A DNA stretch of 64,000 nucleotides from Octopus bimaculoides (lineage: Eukaryota), in contig NC_068981.1 of assembly GCF_001194135.2 (NCBI RefSeq), forward strand, positions 87,913,844 to 87,977,843, written 5' to 3'. This document shows, in pieces, positions 1-13,700 of the stretch. How positions within the stretch are numbered: position 1 is the stretch's first letter; each line of letters begins with the position of its first letter. The notes under the pieces are model-generated. The model did no database searches and was not told the origin of the DNA. It worked only from the letters and a program-made list of their open reading frames with translations. The translations under genes were made by a program, and so were the position numbers.

Positions 1-1039
1 CTGCCATGTTGGATTTAATTTCTATCCGAGAGGACTTATGGTGCTTTATAGTGATATGAAGACTAAAGGGGTTGTCTTATAGTATTGAAAGAGTTCCCTA
101 TTTGCCCTGTATTAGTGGGTAATTATTCTCTTAAATAGGCTATCTGATGGTTTGTTACATAAAAGTAAGATAGTTTGTACCTTTGCAAAATTATCAGAAT
201 AATAGGCACATAGGGTGAGAGGGAAAGAAAGAAGTAAGAAGTTAATTTGTGTGAGAGAAGTACATTGAGAAAGAGAGAGAGTGCAAGAAGGCAGTAACTA
301 AAAGAAGCTACATTTAAAAAGCAATACTTTCTTGTCATCGACAACAGATGTTGAATATTCTATTTTTAGCATAGCTTATGCATTCATTATCATCATCATT
401 TAACATCCATTTTTCATGCTGGCATGAGTTGGATGGTTTGACAGGAGCTGGCTCGCTGGAGATCTGCACTAGGCTCCAATAGTCTGTTTCCGCATAGTGT
501 CTACAGCTGGATGCCCTTCCTAATGCCAACCACCTTACAGAATGCACTGGTTGCTATGTGGCACTAGCACAAATGCTTTTTACATGGTGCTAACATGGAT
601 GCTTTTTATGTGGCAGCAGCATGGGTATGACATCATGGTGTCAGCATGGTAATACAAATACAAATTTATGTTTTTAATTCTATATCGTCCGGTTGTAAAA
701 TTGAAAAATTTTTTGATGTCTGTTTTTTCTTAACATCGTATGAATGATAACTTAATGTATTCTTTTTAATATTCATATAATTAAAAACTTAACTCTTATA
801 AACTAACAAGGGTCAATCTGTCAGCTCAGTCTTTTTGTGCTAGAAGTGAAGAGATTAATTTCATGAAGAATGTGTAGTTTCTTTGTCTATTGAGGCCCAG
901 AATAAGAAAGCAAAAATCAGCTTGATTTTCAGATCCACAGTCATTGATATAGTATTGAATATCTGCAAGTAAATGTTTAATTACTTTATTTTTGTATTTT
1001 ACTTATATTTCGATTTTTTTTTAATTTTTATTTTTTAAG

Positions 1040-1154
1040 GTCATCAAGAAAATAATAATTTTTGTTCAGTTAACATTAACATTGGACCTGGTGATTGTGA
1101 ATGGTTTGCTGTTCCAGATGAATATTGGGGAGTTATCAATGCTTTGTGTGAAAA
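1040..1154 (+). CDS. KDM6A: KDM6/UTX histone H3K27 demethylase, internal exon (JmjC, Fe-binding H-x-E)
   Basis: Manual translation (G)[37 protein letters not shown](K) matches the UTX JmjC motif [23 protein letters not shown]; acceptor ttttttaag ends 1039, donor gtaagt at 1155. Upstream exons lie outside the window. Confidence 0.97.
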
Positions 1155-1415
1155 GTAAGTTGGCACTGCTTCTAATATTTTTCAGAATTATTCAAAGAAA
1201 ATTAAAATTATTTTACTTAATATTCAGCAGTCACTGCACTTTACTACAATAGTAAATTGAAACATAATATCAAGAAATATCTGTTCAACTTAAATACATA
1301 AAAAATTTGAAGTGTAATATTTGATGTTTCAGTCTCCTTTAAGAGAAGCTTCAATTTTATATGGTGTATATTTACACTGCCACTTTTTTTATACTCTTTA
1401 TCATTTTTATTATAG

Positions 1416-1560
1416 AAATAATGTGAATTATCTTTGGGGCTCTTGGTGGCCTGTTCTTGAAGAATTATATGAAGCCAATGTTCCTGTTTATCGTTTCATT
1501 CAAAAGCCTGGTGATCTTGTTTGGGTTAATGCTGGTACTGTTCACTGGGTTCAAGCTATT
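1416..1560 (+). CDS. KDM6A: KDM6/UTX exon (JmjC, third Fe ligand His in TVHWVQ)
   Basis: [48 protein letters not shown]; acceptor tatag ends 1415, donor gtaagt at 1561; phase matches previous exon (AA+A=Lys). Confidence 0.97.
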
Positions 1561-2104
1561 GTAAGTATCATTAACTCTTCACTTGTATGTAATTTTAATC
1601 TTCCATCTTTGAACTAAAACTCTTTTTTAAAATGTACAGATGCTTCCACCTGGTAACTTGGGTTATGAGAGTGGCATCTTTATCATAGCTTTTGTTGGGA
1701 GTCACTCACAACAAAAGCCATTGTGGTAGATGGAAACTGTTTAGAAGCCTGCTGGATGGATTGTACCTGTAATTCAGAGGTCAAACCATGTCACACAGTC
1801 ATGCTGATTTGAGGACATGCATCTCTTTGGAATACACAGCCAATTTGCATGTTAAGCTAATGAGTAGGTCTTCCACTTGATTGAACAACTGGTCTGTCAT
1901 TCCAAATAGACAGGAGCTTATATATATATATATATATATATNNNNNNNNNNNNNNNNNNNNNNNNNNNNNNNNNNNNNNNNNNNNNNNNNNNNNNNNNNN
2001 NNNNNNNNNNNNNNNNNNNNNNNNNNNNNNNNNNNNNNNNNATATATGTATGTATGTATGTATGTGTATATATATATATGTGTGTGTGTATATATATGTA
2101 TATA

Positions 2105-3562
2105 TGAAGGACATCAAGAACCAGACCAATCCAGAAAAGAAGCATTTGGAAGCTTAAGAACCTTTCACATGGTCAGAGGTTCAGGGACATCCTCATTGAG
2201 AAATTTGATGAGAGGGAGGAGGAGCTACAAACTTGTGACATAGAGGGTAACTGGAAATTCCTATGTGATAGCTTACTGAGTGCCACAGACCAAATCTGTG
2301 GCTGGTGCAAAGTCCCTTTCAGACCTAGGGTAACGTGGTAGTGGAATAATACGGTAGGCAAGGCCATTAGAAACAGGCCTGGAAAACCTTGTAGAGTGGA
2401 GGTAGCAGGGAACTGTGCCAGATAGCCAAGAGGGAGACTGGGAGACAGGTGTATATAGCCAAGGGAGAAGTGGAAAAGAAGTTTGCTAATGTTCAGCAAT
2501 GTGAGGATCAAAGAACTGAAGTATTTTNNNNNNNNNNNNNNNNNNNNNNNNNNNNNNNNNNNNNNNNNNNNNNNNNNNNNNNNNNNNNNNNNNNNNNNNN
2601 NNNNNNNNNNNNNNNNNNNNNNNNNNNNNNNNNNNNNNNNNNNNNNNNNNNNNNNNNNNNNNNNNNNNNNNNNNNNNNNNNNNNNNNNNNNNNNNNNNNN
2701 NNNNNNNNNNNNNNNNNNNNNNNNNNNNNNNNNNNNNNNNNNNNNNNNNNNNNNNNNNNNNNNNNNNNNNNNNNNNNNNNNNNNNNNNNNNNNNNNNNNN
2801 NNNNNNNNNNNNNNNNNNNNNNNNNNNNNNNNNNNNNNNNNNNNNNNNNNNNNNNNNNNNNNNNNNNNNNNNNNNNNNNNNNNNNNNNNNNNNNNNNNNN
2901 NNNNNNNNNNNNNNNNNNNNNNNNNNNNNNNNNNNNNNNNNNNNNNNNNNNNNNNNNNNNNNNNNNNNNNNNNNNNNNNNNNNNNNNNNNNNNNNNNNNN
3001 NNNNNNNNNNNGGCTTGTGCGGGTGGCACATAAAAGACACCATTTCGTGCGTGGCCATTTTCGTGCGGGTGACACGTAAAAGCACCCACTACACTCTCTG
3101 AGTGGTTGGCGTTAGGAAGGGCATCCAGCTGTAGAAACTTTGCCAAATTAGATTGGAGCCTGGTGTTGCCATCCGGTTTCACCAGTCCTCAGTCAAATCA
3201 TCCAACCCATGCTAGCATGGAAAGCGGACGTTAAACGATGATGATGATGATGAATGGGAGGAGGAGAGCCTGTCACATGTTGACCCAGGTGAGGGACCAG
3301 CTACCCGAATCGGTAGCACCCTGGTAGATAAAGCAATTAAGGATATGAAGTCAGGAAAAGCCCCCGGCCCATCAGGAATCATTGCTGAGATGCTTAAAAT
3401 ATCTGGTAATGTGGGTTATGGTCTAATCCGGTAGTTCACAAAGGAGTCATACCCAATGATTGGCATAGCAGCACCATAGTCAACTGTACAATGGTAAAGG
3501 TGATGCTTTAGATAGAAATAACTACAGAGGTATGAAACTGCTGGATCAGGTGATGAAAGTTA
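2105..3562 (+). mobile_element. RTE-clade LINE fragment interrupted by an N gap and a SINE
   Basis: 2170-2527 translates ...GNWKFLCDSLLSATDQICGWCK...W*WNNTVGKAI (linker); 3252-3562 translates KAIKDMKSGKAPGPSGIIAEMLK...DALDRNNYRGMKLL (RT N-terminus). Confidence 0.8.
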
Positions 3563-4342
3563 GTGTTTAGCAGGTGTATGAGTGAAGAGTTATACTACAA
3601 AGAAAGTAGTCCTCTTGATTCAAGAAGAAGAATATTTGGTGCACACTGTTTAATGTTTCATCAGTCTTGATCAAGCAAATCTCCAATCAAAGATATCCTA
3701 ACCATGACCATCCCATCTTACACATCTTTTAAGTATTGTACATCTAGGACCACATTATATACCCTTCCTTTTATAAAATGATTGAATGTGATTTGTTGCT
3801 ATTTCTAGCAGATCAAGCAACAGTGTAGAAATCCCTTTATTGCTTTTAGAGATATGTGGTAATATACAGAGAAACAACTGTATTTTTTAGTTTTAAGATT
3901 GTCATTGTGGTTCTATCCTCTTGCAGAGAGATCTTCATTAACAGAAGTTATTAGTTGATTATGTTCTGCTAATGTTAACAACAAAACTTGGGTTAGTTGG
4001 AAAGTTGAACATGTGGTCTGAGTGGTTTGTAGTTCCTAATGATATCATATTACTCCAATATAATTCTTACTCTTCAAATACTTCTACCAAAGTTGCAAGC
4101 ATGAAAATTGCCTATCGGAAGTAAGGTTATATTTTGATCATTTACCTTCAGTTTTTAAATAACTGACTTTTAGTACAATGTTTGTATGTTCAAATTATAC
4201 TAAAAAGTATAAATCTTTGTATATTTTTTACATACATTATTAACCATAATTTGCTTTTTTTAGCATTCATAATTTTAAATTAAAATGTGACAACTGTGTA
4301 AGAACTACTATGGTTATCAATATTTGAAAATTTGTTTTCCAG

Positions 4343-4527
4343 GGCTGGTGCAATAATATTGCATGGAATGTAGGACCACTCAATGCTCTGCAATTTAAAC
4401 TTGCATTGGACCGTTATGAATGGAATAAGTTGCAGGCTTATAAATCAATAGTTCCAATGGTTCATTTGGCATGGAATCTAGCACGAAATCTGCATATATC
4501 TGAACCTATGTTGTTTGAAGTAATCAA
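4343..4527 (+). CDS. KDM6A: KDM6/UTX exon (end of JmjC, helical domain)
   Basis: [61 protein letters not shown](K); ttttccag acceptor, gtaagt donor at 4528; missed by the ORF track. Confidence 0.97.
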
Positions 4528-4687
4528 GTAAGTCTTATGTTTGAAGAATCAGTAAATGTATTTTCATTCACTATTTTATTATTTATGAATGTTATCCCCA
4601 CCAGCTGCAATTTTTTTCATCAACATGAAAAAGTTGTGGATTTATGATTCTCAGGCAATGTTTTGTTCCTCATAGAGAGAGAAAGTA

Positions 4688-4729
<42 letters not shown>

Positions 4730-4947
4730 AAGATAGGCAGAAACAGTTGATGGTAAAACTAAAAATATACTTTCCAACAGGTAATCCAACTCTTATATGT
4801 CTATTCAATCTCTTATTTGATTTATTTGAAATATTGAATCACTAAGTTTTTCAATGTGCCTTCTCTCTAAACAAAAGCAAAAACGCTTGTTATGACTTAT
4901 TTTTAAAGAAAAAGGTATACATTAAATTTTCCAAACCAAACAGACTT

Positions 4948-5075
4948 CCTGAAAACTATGGAAAAAAACTATTTTTATTTCACTTGAAAACTATGGAAGA
5001 AACTATTTTTAATTCACCTGAAAACTGTAGGAGAAACTATTTTGATGTCACCTGAAAACCATGGAAGAAACTATT
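4948..5075. repeat. 34-bp minisatellite, about 3.7 units
   Basis: Units of CCTGAAAACTATGGAAGAAACTATTTTTAATTCA starting 4948, 4983, 5017, 5051. Confidence 0.85.
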
Positions 5076-5949
5076 GTGTGACTGAGTTAAATCATAGTTG
5101 TAGAGACTTCCTACATGTCATTTTCAATCATCCTAACATCCACTACCAATTCTGAAAGCTTTATATCTGTTATTCTTTTGACAAAGTATATCAAATTTTT
5201 CATTTGCTTATTTTCTACACAAGTAAATCTCCCTATCTTCTATAAGTATTTGCTACCTCATTTTATCCTCTCATCTTGTTTTTTTTTTTCTCAGTCTTGT
5301 CAAACTTGCTCTTCCTTTATGACCACTTTTGCATGGATGGGCCTCTAATTTAACTTCTTTTATTAACTTTATTTATTCACTTATTCATTTATTGCATCCA
5401 TATTTTTAAGGCCTGAACTAATCAATACACCTTGCTCCTTCCTAGAATGCCAGCCCTCTAGAATTCTGTCTTTCATCATGGCTTTCCTGCAGGAAAATTG
5501 ATGTCATTAATGTTCTTGAGTATTAATGGCATCAATCTTGCAAGTCAAACATCTGCAGGGAAGGAAGAACTGGGTGTAGGTGGACACTACAAAGGTCATG
5601 AAGTATATGTGTGTATCATGAATGCATGAGTGGAGGTAGAATCTGCCCAATCAGTTCTGAGGAGCAGAACCTATTATAATAGCAATAGAAAAAACAGTGC
5701 ATCTGTGAATCAGAGGCTGAGCATGTCTGTGAATGATATTACCCCAGTCGGTCAGGTGGCCCCACCATTTCTGGATACAGTGTCTGTGTATAGCAGCAGC
5801 ACCATCCAAGAAGTGAGAGCAGTATTCCATTTTTAGTCTTACCTGAGGTTTGTGTAGTGTCAAAATTGCTGTGAGCTGAAGTACTTTCTGGTCCTGAAGA
5901 GAGTGGCTGTCAGGTGAGAACCTCAGTGAAAGTGAAGCCCAACATTTGA

Positions 5950-6650
5950 AGTAATAGTGAGGGCTCTAGCTCACTATTTCATGATGTGAGTAGCAATTGT
6001 TTTTTCTTGCTCTTGAAAGAAGCAGAGTTGACATACCTCCATTGGAAGATGTTTCTGAAGTTTTTTGTTCATAGTATGGTTTTGGAATATGGTATCTATT
6101 TTGAGAGTGGATAATGCCCTGTTTGAGAGGTTTGGAGAGAAAAAAAGATGATACTGTCTGCATTGGAGTGGACATTGTTAGATATAATGGCAAGTAAAGA
6201 AGGTAGACTAAGAGATATAAAACTGGACCTTGTGTTACACAGTAGGGTGATCTGATAGGAAGCTACCAATCAAAGTGATACAAAGCAGGTGAAGCCCTTA
6301 GCCAGACTGTTTCAATCAATGATTCATATACCAAAAACTGTTTAAACGTTTTGCTGATGTTAAAGGTGACATTGCTTTCACCAAATGTCTCCAAGGTGAG
6401 AGCTCATTGATGAGATATAGATTAGGTCACCAGTTGATCTGGTTTTACAAAAACTTGTGGTCATTAAGTAGGCAGAGAAAGTTTCAAGGTATTGGAAGAT
6501 ATTAATGGCTATTTCCATTATTTTAAAAGATACAGTGACAGTTGGTAGAGTTAGGTGCCTTTCTTGGGAATGGGATACATTGTGGCATATTTCCAAAGAT
6601 CAGGGTACATTCATATAGAGGAAGAAACTGAAGAGTCTGGTAAATGCAGG
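5950..6650 (-). mobile_element. Highly decayed CR1/Jockey-like RT relic
   Basis: Frameshifted minus-strand fragments in correct order: SFCKTRSTGDL, TFNISKTF, IGSFLSD, VTQGPVL, VHSNADS (YADD remnant). Confidence 0.55.
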
Positions 6651-7028
6651 GGTTAACTCTAGGTTATGTTTGAAAATAAAGTAGGGGCATTCTCACTGCT
6701 CAAGGTTTTGTTAGTTTGAAGCAACCAAAGATGCTTTCACACTTAGAATGTGTGTGTATATTATACATGGTAGTAAAATATTTGGAAAATTTACTTCTTC
6801 CACTCAGTGATAGGAAATGTGAAACTCTGAGTAACAGTTTGCTTTTCAGCTTCAATAAAATTTTATCTTTGACTCTGCCTTTGGTATTAAGTACTATTTT
6901 CTTCTTGTGTTTTGCATCTATGTGCTTGCTTGCATGGAAATATTTATACCTGAAAACTATTTGTATTTTATTGAAAGATAGATATCCTGTGTTCAGTTAT
7001 ATTTATATGTACTTTTATATATTTATAG

Positions 7029-7155
7029 GTCTTTCTTAATGAAATCTCTCCGCCAAATACAAATGTGTTTGGATTTCCTAGAGGCCTATGGTGTTGAATT
7101 AAAGTGGCATGGCCGTGTTCAGAATGAAGCTGCTCACTACTGCAACGATTGTGAG
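7029..7155 (+). CDS. KDM6A: KDM6/UTX exon (first Cys pair of zinc-binding domain)
   Basis: SFLMKSLRQIQMCLDFLEAYGVELKWHGRVQNEAAHYCNDCE resembles UTX WHGR...HYCxxCE; tttatag acceptor, GT donor at 7156; phases consistent. Confidence 0.95.
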
Positions 7156-7999
7156 GTGTGTATTGGCTGCTTTTCCATTTAACTTCTTTAATTTTTCAAA
7201 TGCATTCAGTTCAATGCATCAAGATTTCATTATCTGTAGTTTGTTTTTAATTATTTTAGTATAGTGTATCCACATTTAATCCTTTGATACCAATCCACCA
7301 GACACCACCCTTGGTTTTAGGATACAAACTTCATGTTTTAAGCATTGTAAAATTAAAAATTACTGTCAAAATGTTGTGTTATGTTCCAAATACCAGCTTA
7401 ATTATGACAGTTGTTTTACTAAATTCTTTCCTATTTTCGAAATTAATGAGATCAGAAATAAGGTAACAAAAAAAGTTAAAATAGTTATCTTTTAAGTTTA
7501 GAGACTTTATTATCATCATTATTTCTATTTTTATGCTGTAAATATATTGGAAAGTTCCTCAACTACAGCATCATTCCATGTGGTTTGATTCAGCATTGTT
7601 TTGCATGAGAGTTACGTTGTATATTCCTTTTACAGCTGCTGTGGCTGTGCTTGTCATACCTATATTTGAAAATTGTCTTTACAATCTTGGAGATTAACTA
7701 TATTGCATATTAGTTTTAGCCACCATGAAGGTAAGGAAACCAGCTAGGTGTGTTTATGTGGACCAGGGCTTTCTTTCTCTTATCACTTTAACCTACCTTG
7801 ATTAAAAATACAAAACAATGTGCACTTAGTGTTTTTGTATGCCTGCATGAAAGTTTTCTTTGTAAACCCAAGACCTTTTCCACTCTATTGGTTTGACTCA
7901 GAAAGAAATTATTATAACATGAATTTTGAACAATATCATGTACAAAAACATCATAACAGCAAGCATTTTAAGGTCATTTTCCATGCTAAAGGAGTTAAC

Positions 8000-8720
8000 C
8001 TTTCAGGTCTTTGACAGTCTTCTCTAGTCTGCCTTGTCCTATAGATCTCATCACTTACCAACCCTCTTGCTCTCATTGCAACCTCCATTGTATTGAGCAA
8101 TGCCTTTCTTAGTCTTACTTCACATTTATTTCCATCACTCCTCTCATCTGGCTACTTTTCTCCTTCCCAACCTTCTCTTCACAACATCCATTCTCTGCAA
8201 TTCGCTGTTTGTGTTGTTCTCTTTCAGTGATGCCTGGCTCATCCACCATGTAGCTCTCATTTGTGTTCTGTCCAGCCTTCTCTGCTGCTCCACATTCATA
8301 CTTAGATCTCACTCCCATAAGTCATACTACATCTGACATATAGTCTACTCCTTTCTCTTCAGTTTCAATGGCTCTACCTTCCTCATTAGCATGCCATTCT
8401 CCCGAAACCTTTTCCACGTACATCTCTGAATCTGATTTTCCTTCTCCATTCAGCATATCTTAGTAACAAAATATGTTCACACCTTCCATTTTCGTGTTAT
8501 TTCCAAGATAAAACTCAGCATTTCATCCATCTGAACTTCACACTTAAATGTAGCTGACACATTTGTTAACTCTTTCGCACCAATACAATTTCCATGAGCC
8601 CACTTAATGCCTATCATACGATGAAATTTACTGTAACACCTTTCCTTAATACAGTGCACTTGACCACTTTTCTGGTCACTCTATCTCACCTCTTGCTGTC
8701 ATCATCTTTTATTGAGTTAC
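8000..8720 (-). mobile_element. Decayed RTE-like LINE 3' relic
   Basis: Minus-strand fragments VRCSMTYGSEI and ESYMVDEPGI resemble RTE VRSxxxYGSETW and EMRMLRWMxGI. Confidence 0.45.
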
Positions 8721-8872
8721 CTCCATACATAATATGTTCTGAATGGATTAATTTTTGAATGAACATGTATCTTAATCAGTGAAATAATCTTATGTAAGCA
8801 AGTTATAAGGTAAGGTGACACCAAATGTTTATTTTACTTAATTAACCATAATTTTTTTCTTTTTATTTGTAG

Positions 8873-9364
8873 GAAGAAGTTTTTGATATCTTATTTGTGA
8901 GTGAACAAGATAAAAAGCATATTGTCCACTGCCTAAACTGTGCTTGCAAGATCAGTCCAAACTTAGAAGGCTTTGTCGTTCTTGAACAATATCGTTTACA
9001 AGACTTAATTGATATGTTTGATAAATTTCAACTTCATCCTTCAATTCACCAAGTAAAAAGAGCTCCACAGACCAAACAAATAACTTCATCACAACAACAA
9101 CAACAACAACAGCAGCAGCCATCACAATCAAAACCAACAAGTATCAGCAATTGTTCATCATCATCATCGTCATCATCATCATCATCTTCGTACTCTACCA
9201 TTACATCAAGCAGCTCTACTTTGGCACATCAGGCAGGACAGCTACCTCGCCGAAGTCCTTTAGTTCATCTGCCATCTACAGAAGCTCTCTCTGGAGCAGT
9301 ACACATACCTCCCCAGCTGCTCAACACAACCACATCAACAACAAACAGCTCTATGTCTAAGTAA
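8873..9364 (+). CDS. KDM6A: KDM6/UTX last recognisable coding exon (second Cys pair, polyQ/polyS tail, TAA stop)
   Basis: EEVFDILFVSEQDKKHIVHCLNCACKISPNLEGFVVLEQYRLQDLIDMFDKFQL matches the UTX C-terminus, then ~110 aa low-complexity tail; tttgtag acceptor ends 8872; TAA 9362-9364. Confidence 0.93.
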   Translation, partial: EEVFDILFVSEQDKKHIVHCLNCACKISPNLEGFVVLEQYRLQDLIDMFDKFQLHPSIHQVKRAPQTKQITSSQQQQQQQQQPSQSKPTSISNCSSSSSSSSSSSSYSTITSSSSTLAHQAGQLPRRSPLVHLPSTEALSGAVHIPPQLLNTTTSTTNSSMSK

Positions 9365-9574
9365 GTCAACAACTGTGTGCAGAGCAATAGACTAATCACA
9401 AACGTAGGGCAAACATTCATCTTCATTGATGCCTCTTAAACCAGAGGACTAACTATCTGCCATGTAATTCCTTATAATAAAAACTGGTTCTCTTTGAAGA
9501 TTCTTCAGCTTTTTGGCTGCAAGACATAGGGTGATCTGAAAGATACTTCAGAGCATTTTTGATTATTATGCAAG

Positions 9575-9614
<40 letters not shown>

Positions 9615-10699
9615 TTTGTTTGTTTTTCCCCTTTCCCTTCCTTCCTTGTTAGCCACTGTAGTTAACATCTATATCCTAATACTTTCCTATCCCTCTGAAG
9701 AGAAAGCAAAAATTACAGCCAAAATAGAGTCTGAATTCCAGTCTTTCAATTCCAGTAGGTATTATGTCTTTCAGATGTGATTAAAATAGGATACCTATAT
9801 AGAAGCAAGCATGTGCATATACATGCTCTCACGTGAATGGCTATGCATGTATTTGCACACACTTTCGAAAATGAAATGTTCTGTTCAAAAGGATTGTAAC
9901 TTAATGTGTTTCAAAGGCAGTTTAGAAAAAAAAAAATCCCAATATTTTTATTTAACAGATGTTCTCAGAAAGTAATTTGATATGGAAGTGATTTTAAAAT
10001 ATTACTATCCTATGATAATGTACCTGCCATTGAAGCACTTAGCTGTTACTGAAATTAAGTTAATAAAATGTACAACTTTCATTTTAGAGGTAACTAAAAT
10101 ATAAGTAATCATTAATTTGGATTACACTTAGACCCATTTTAACCAATTTGTGTTCTTACTAATTTCATTATTCTCTTACTAAAACCTGTTGTTAATATGA
10201 ATGTTCATAAATAGTACTAAATAAGAGTTTATATTTACAATAGCATCAGTTCCTTTCTCTATTGGCTGTTAATCTTAAAACTGGCACCTGTGTATCAGAC
10301 ATTATTTTCTTTCAATTTTTAATTCATTACTCAGTTGCCTTGCTTTTTATTCATCCAGGAAAAGTTTATATTTAAAGCAAATATCCAACAGATAATTTTA
10401 AATAATTGGAAATATAAAATGTTTTCATCAATAACTGAATCGGTACTGATTACAAATTAAAGCCCTGCCGCTCTACACTTATGTCTTAATATCTACCCCC
10501 TCTTTTTTTTAAGTGGTTGTAGTTGCAATTCATTTTGAATATCGGGAAACGAAAAAAGACTGAATTTTTGCATTTATCATTTATATATACACATATATTC
10601 TTTTTTATTACTGCTTTTATTTTATAACCCCTCCTCTCTGGTTTACCTCTTTTACGGACTCATATTTTCTGCCTGGAAATATCTTTTCCATTTTGCAAG

Positions 10700-10780
10700 G
10701 TTACCTGGATTGTCTTTGAACATGGCTTGGAATTGTCACTGCCATTGCCTCAATCTTCCTCTTTATTGCCATGCCAACAG
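10700..10780 (+). CDS. Candidate alternative 81-nt exon extending KDM6/UTX
   Basis: atcttttccattttgcaag acceptor, CAG|gtaact donor, 81 nt, open in the phase given by the AA|gtaagt site at 9360/9361; no homology recognised. Confidence 0.3.
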
Positions 10781-13700
10781 GTAACTAAGCAACAATCCAA
10801 CTAATCAGCCATAATAATATGTGGCTGTTTTCCTTTCCTTTTTCTTTTTTTTTTTTTTCTTTTTTTTGTTATTAGCTTAGAAAACTGTTTTATCTAAATC
10901 CTTTTGGTAATTTTTTTGTGTTCAACTCTGGTAATTTAGTGGTTCTAACAAAAAGCCTTTGAAACCTAAATTTTACTGAAATTATATTTTCCTTTTTAAA
11001 TTTCATTTTAATTATCAATACAAGTTTAAATTGAATTTTCACAGTTATATTAAGTAAATTATTTACATTTATTTAAATTTTTTTTAGTGAAAAAAGATTT
11101 TCTTTCCGCAACAAATTTAGTTCGTTTTTCAACCTAGATTTTACCCCTTATCTCGGGTACCATTTGATTCAATGGCAGATATATCATGAATCATGTATCA
11201 AGGATCTTGTCGACAAATCTAAATTAATTGAGGGCAGGGTCCTCGTATTAACAGCTGGATTCAGTACCAACATTTACTAATGTGATTCAGGAATTCGACT
11301 ATATTTCTTCATCACATAAAACTTGTGATTTTTGTGCCAATATATCACCAACCAGAATTTATTTTGTATGCTAGCGTGTGCGTGTGTGTGTTATTTTTAT
11401 TTTTTCCTGTGTGCAAAACAATTTCTAAAAATCTTATTCACCACTGTTAGTGTCTCTTTTAAAAAATGTTTTCTTTTTGTTGGAATATTCCAATTCATTT
11501 TGGTTGTTATTTTTATATTTATAATTTCTTAAAATACTTTTTAAGTAATATTTTTCTTTTAGTCTCATCTACAGTTGGCAAAACTATTTAAGAAAACAGT
11601 TATCTTGAAGGGAAGTCTTTGATATTTGTTTTGTTTTCCTCTATTTTCTAGCAGTTCAACTGATTTCAACTTTCTAACAGTACTCTATCACCTCAAAAAC
11701 TCAGAATTCTATTTATCAAGCAGTAGGAGATACCTTAAAATTTTATTTTATTAATTATTACCTCTCGTATATAAATTTTATATGTCATGTAACATTTTTG
11801 TTTGCAAAATAATGTATGAAACTGGTTGGAAAGAGAGCTTCAGTGACTATCACTTTTAGTAAATTCTAAGAGTATTGAATTCAAACTATCTTCAAATTTC
11901 CAATGTTGATGCCATGTGAAAGAACAAATACACAATTTGTAATTGTGATAATGGTTGTTGTATTGCTACTGATGTATGTGACCTCAGGGACTTACTGCCA
12001 CTGTTATTATCTCTTCTGTCCTTTGAGGCTCACATGCTATATAAGTTAAAAGGTTATGTATATGGTATGTATGGATTGCATTATATATTTCTTTACTGAC
12101 TGACCAATCAGACTATCAGATCCTAAAAACCACTGCCATTAAATTATCTGTATACCTTTACTTGGAGATAAGCAGCAGTAATGTATAAGTCACTATTCTC
12201 AAACATCTCAGCTCTTTTATGCACCCAATGAATATTTATTTTGTTAAAAATTTGTTTTTATTTTATAAAATTAAAAACTTTATTACTAAGTGAATGTTAA
12301 TCAGATATTCATCACTTGTTTGACATCTTCTTTGAATCCATCTTATTCTAGGTTTCTTGGCTTATGTTGAGTGTATGTAAAATGTTACTTATGAACTGTA
12401 AAGTATCATGTCAAAAAACTTCCCCTTGCTAACTACTGCCATTACAAATCTTATCTTTTTAAAAATATATCTGTTGTAAGCATTATTTATTAAGGCTTCA
12501 CCATATTGTGGACTATCTCTGTGAGCTTTGTCCGTCCGTGCACTAGTCTTATGAAGATTTGCCAACCTACTGTTCCCCTGAAGACAATTCGCAATGCTTG
12601 CCATTTCTATACAAAGAACAGCCTTTGCAATCAGTTCTTAATATAAGCACCAGGGTAACTAGTTGACAGTGTCAGTTTGCAATTTGGTAATATAAACACA
12701 CACAAACACATAGTTATAATGTATCCTTTCATGTAAATTAGCTTTCTACAGTATTTTTTTTCCCCTGTGCTCATGAATAATTCATTTTGTGGCCTTCATT
12801 ATTTTAATCAGTTTCTCTCATAAAACCTTATTTAAAATTAATTTTACATTGATAATTCTATTGGTCAATAATGGCCCTTTGCATCCATTGATCTCATCTC
12901 ATTTTGTTGAATAGCAATTTTCCAGTTCTAAACAAAAATTATCATTTATATAATTAACTTTATTTATTCCTGTCTGTGTTGTTTTATCTAATTTTGCAAG
13001 CCTCCTCTTAATTTTAATAATGCTCAGCAGTTATCATACTTTCAATTTCTTTTAAAATTTGATTTTTACTTTTCTAGTTCTGCAATGGAAAACCTATTTT
13101 CTAATATTCTGATGACTGATCAGCCATTATTAATATAGTTGCTACTGACGATGATCATAATTATAACAGTTTAGCACACTTAATGTATACAATTTCACAA
13201 GAGAAGATGGCTCTAAAAGTAAATACTTGAGTTATTTTTCAAGTTAATAAGTCTGTAATTTGAGGATTATTCATTAGGTGAAATGAAATGTATCTAATTG
13301 CAGCAGCATAATCAAAGACCTTAATTTGTAATATAATGTATAAAAAATGGTTACTGACATTGGTTAATAATAGGAAAAAAAAAAAAACGTACTTAATATA
13401 GGTTTAAAGTATTATATGCTATTTTATAACATATATTAACTCAGTTACTGTGTCTATATCATTGATACACAAGTTGTATTATCATGATTGGTAATTTCTA
13501 TTTCTGATCAATTCTTCTAACCTTCAATATTTTTCTATTTTCTTCAGATTTTTAAATATATATTTTAGATCATTAAATTATTTTTATGTCATTAGGAAAA
13601 TTTGGGGGGTTTGGTTTTGTTTCCAAAACAAGGTTTCTTTATAACTTTATCATCCGAATTTGTTCACTTTATTTCATAACGTGTGTAATTATCTATTACA

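Noticed and set aside
4948-5075. CRISPR-like array
   Set aside because: Contiguous tandem units without spacers in a eukaryotic intron; ordinary minisatellite.
9453-9780. Poly-Lys and poly-Phe ORFs
   Set aside because: Translations of a single poly(T) run at about 9576-9612.
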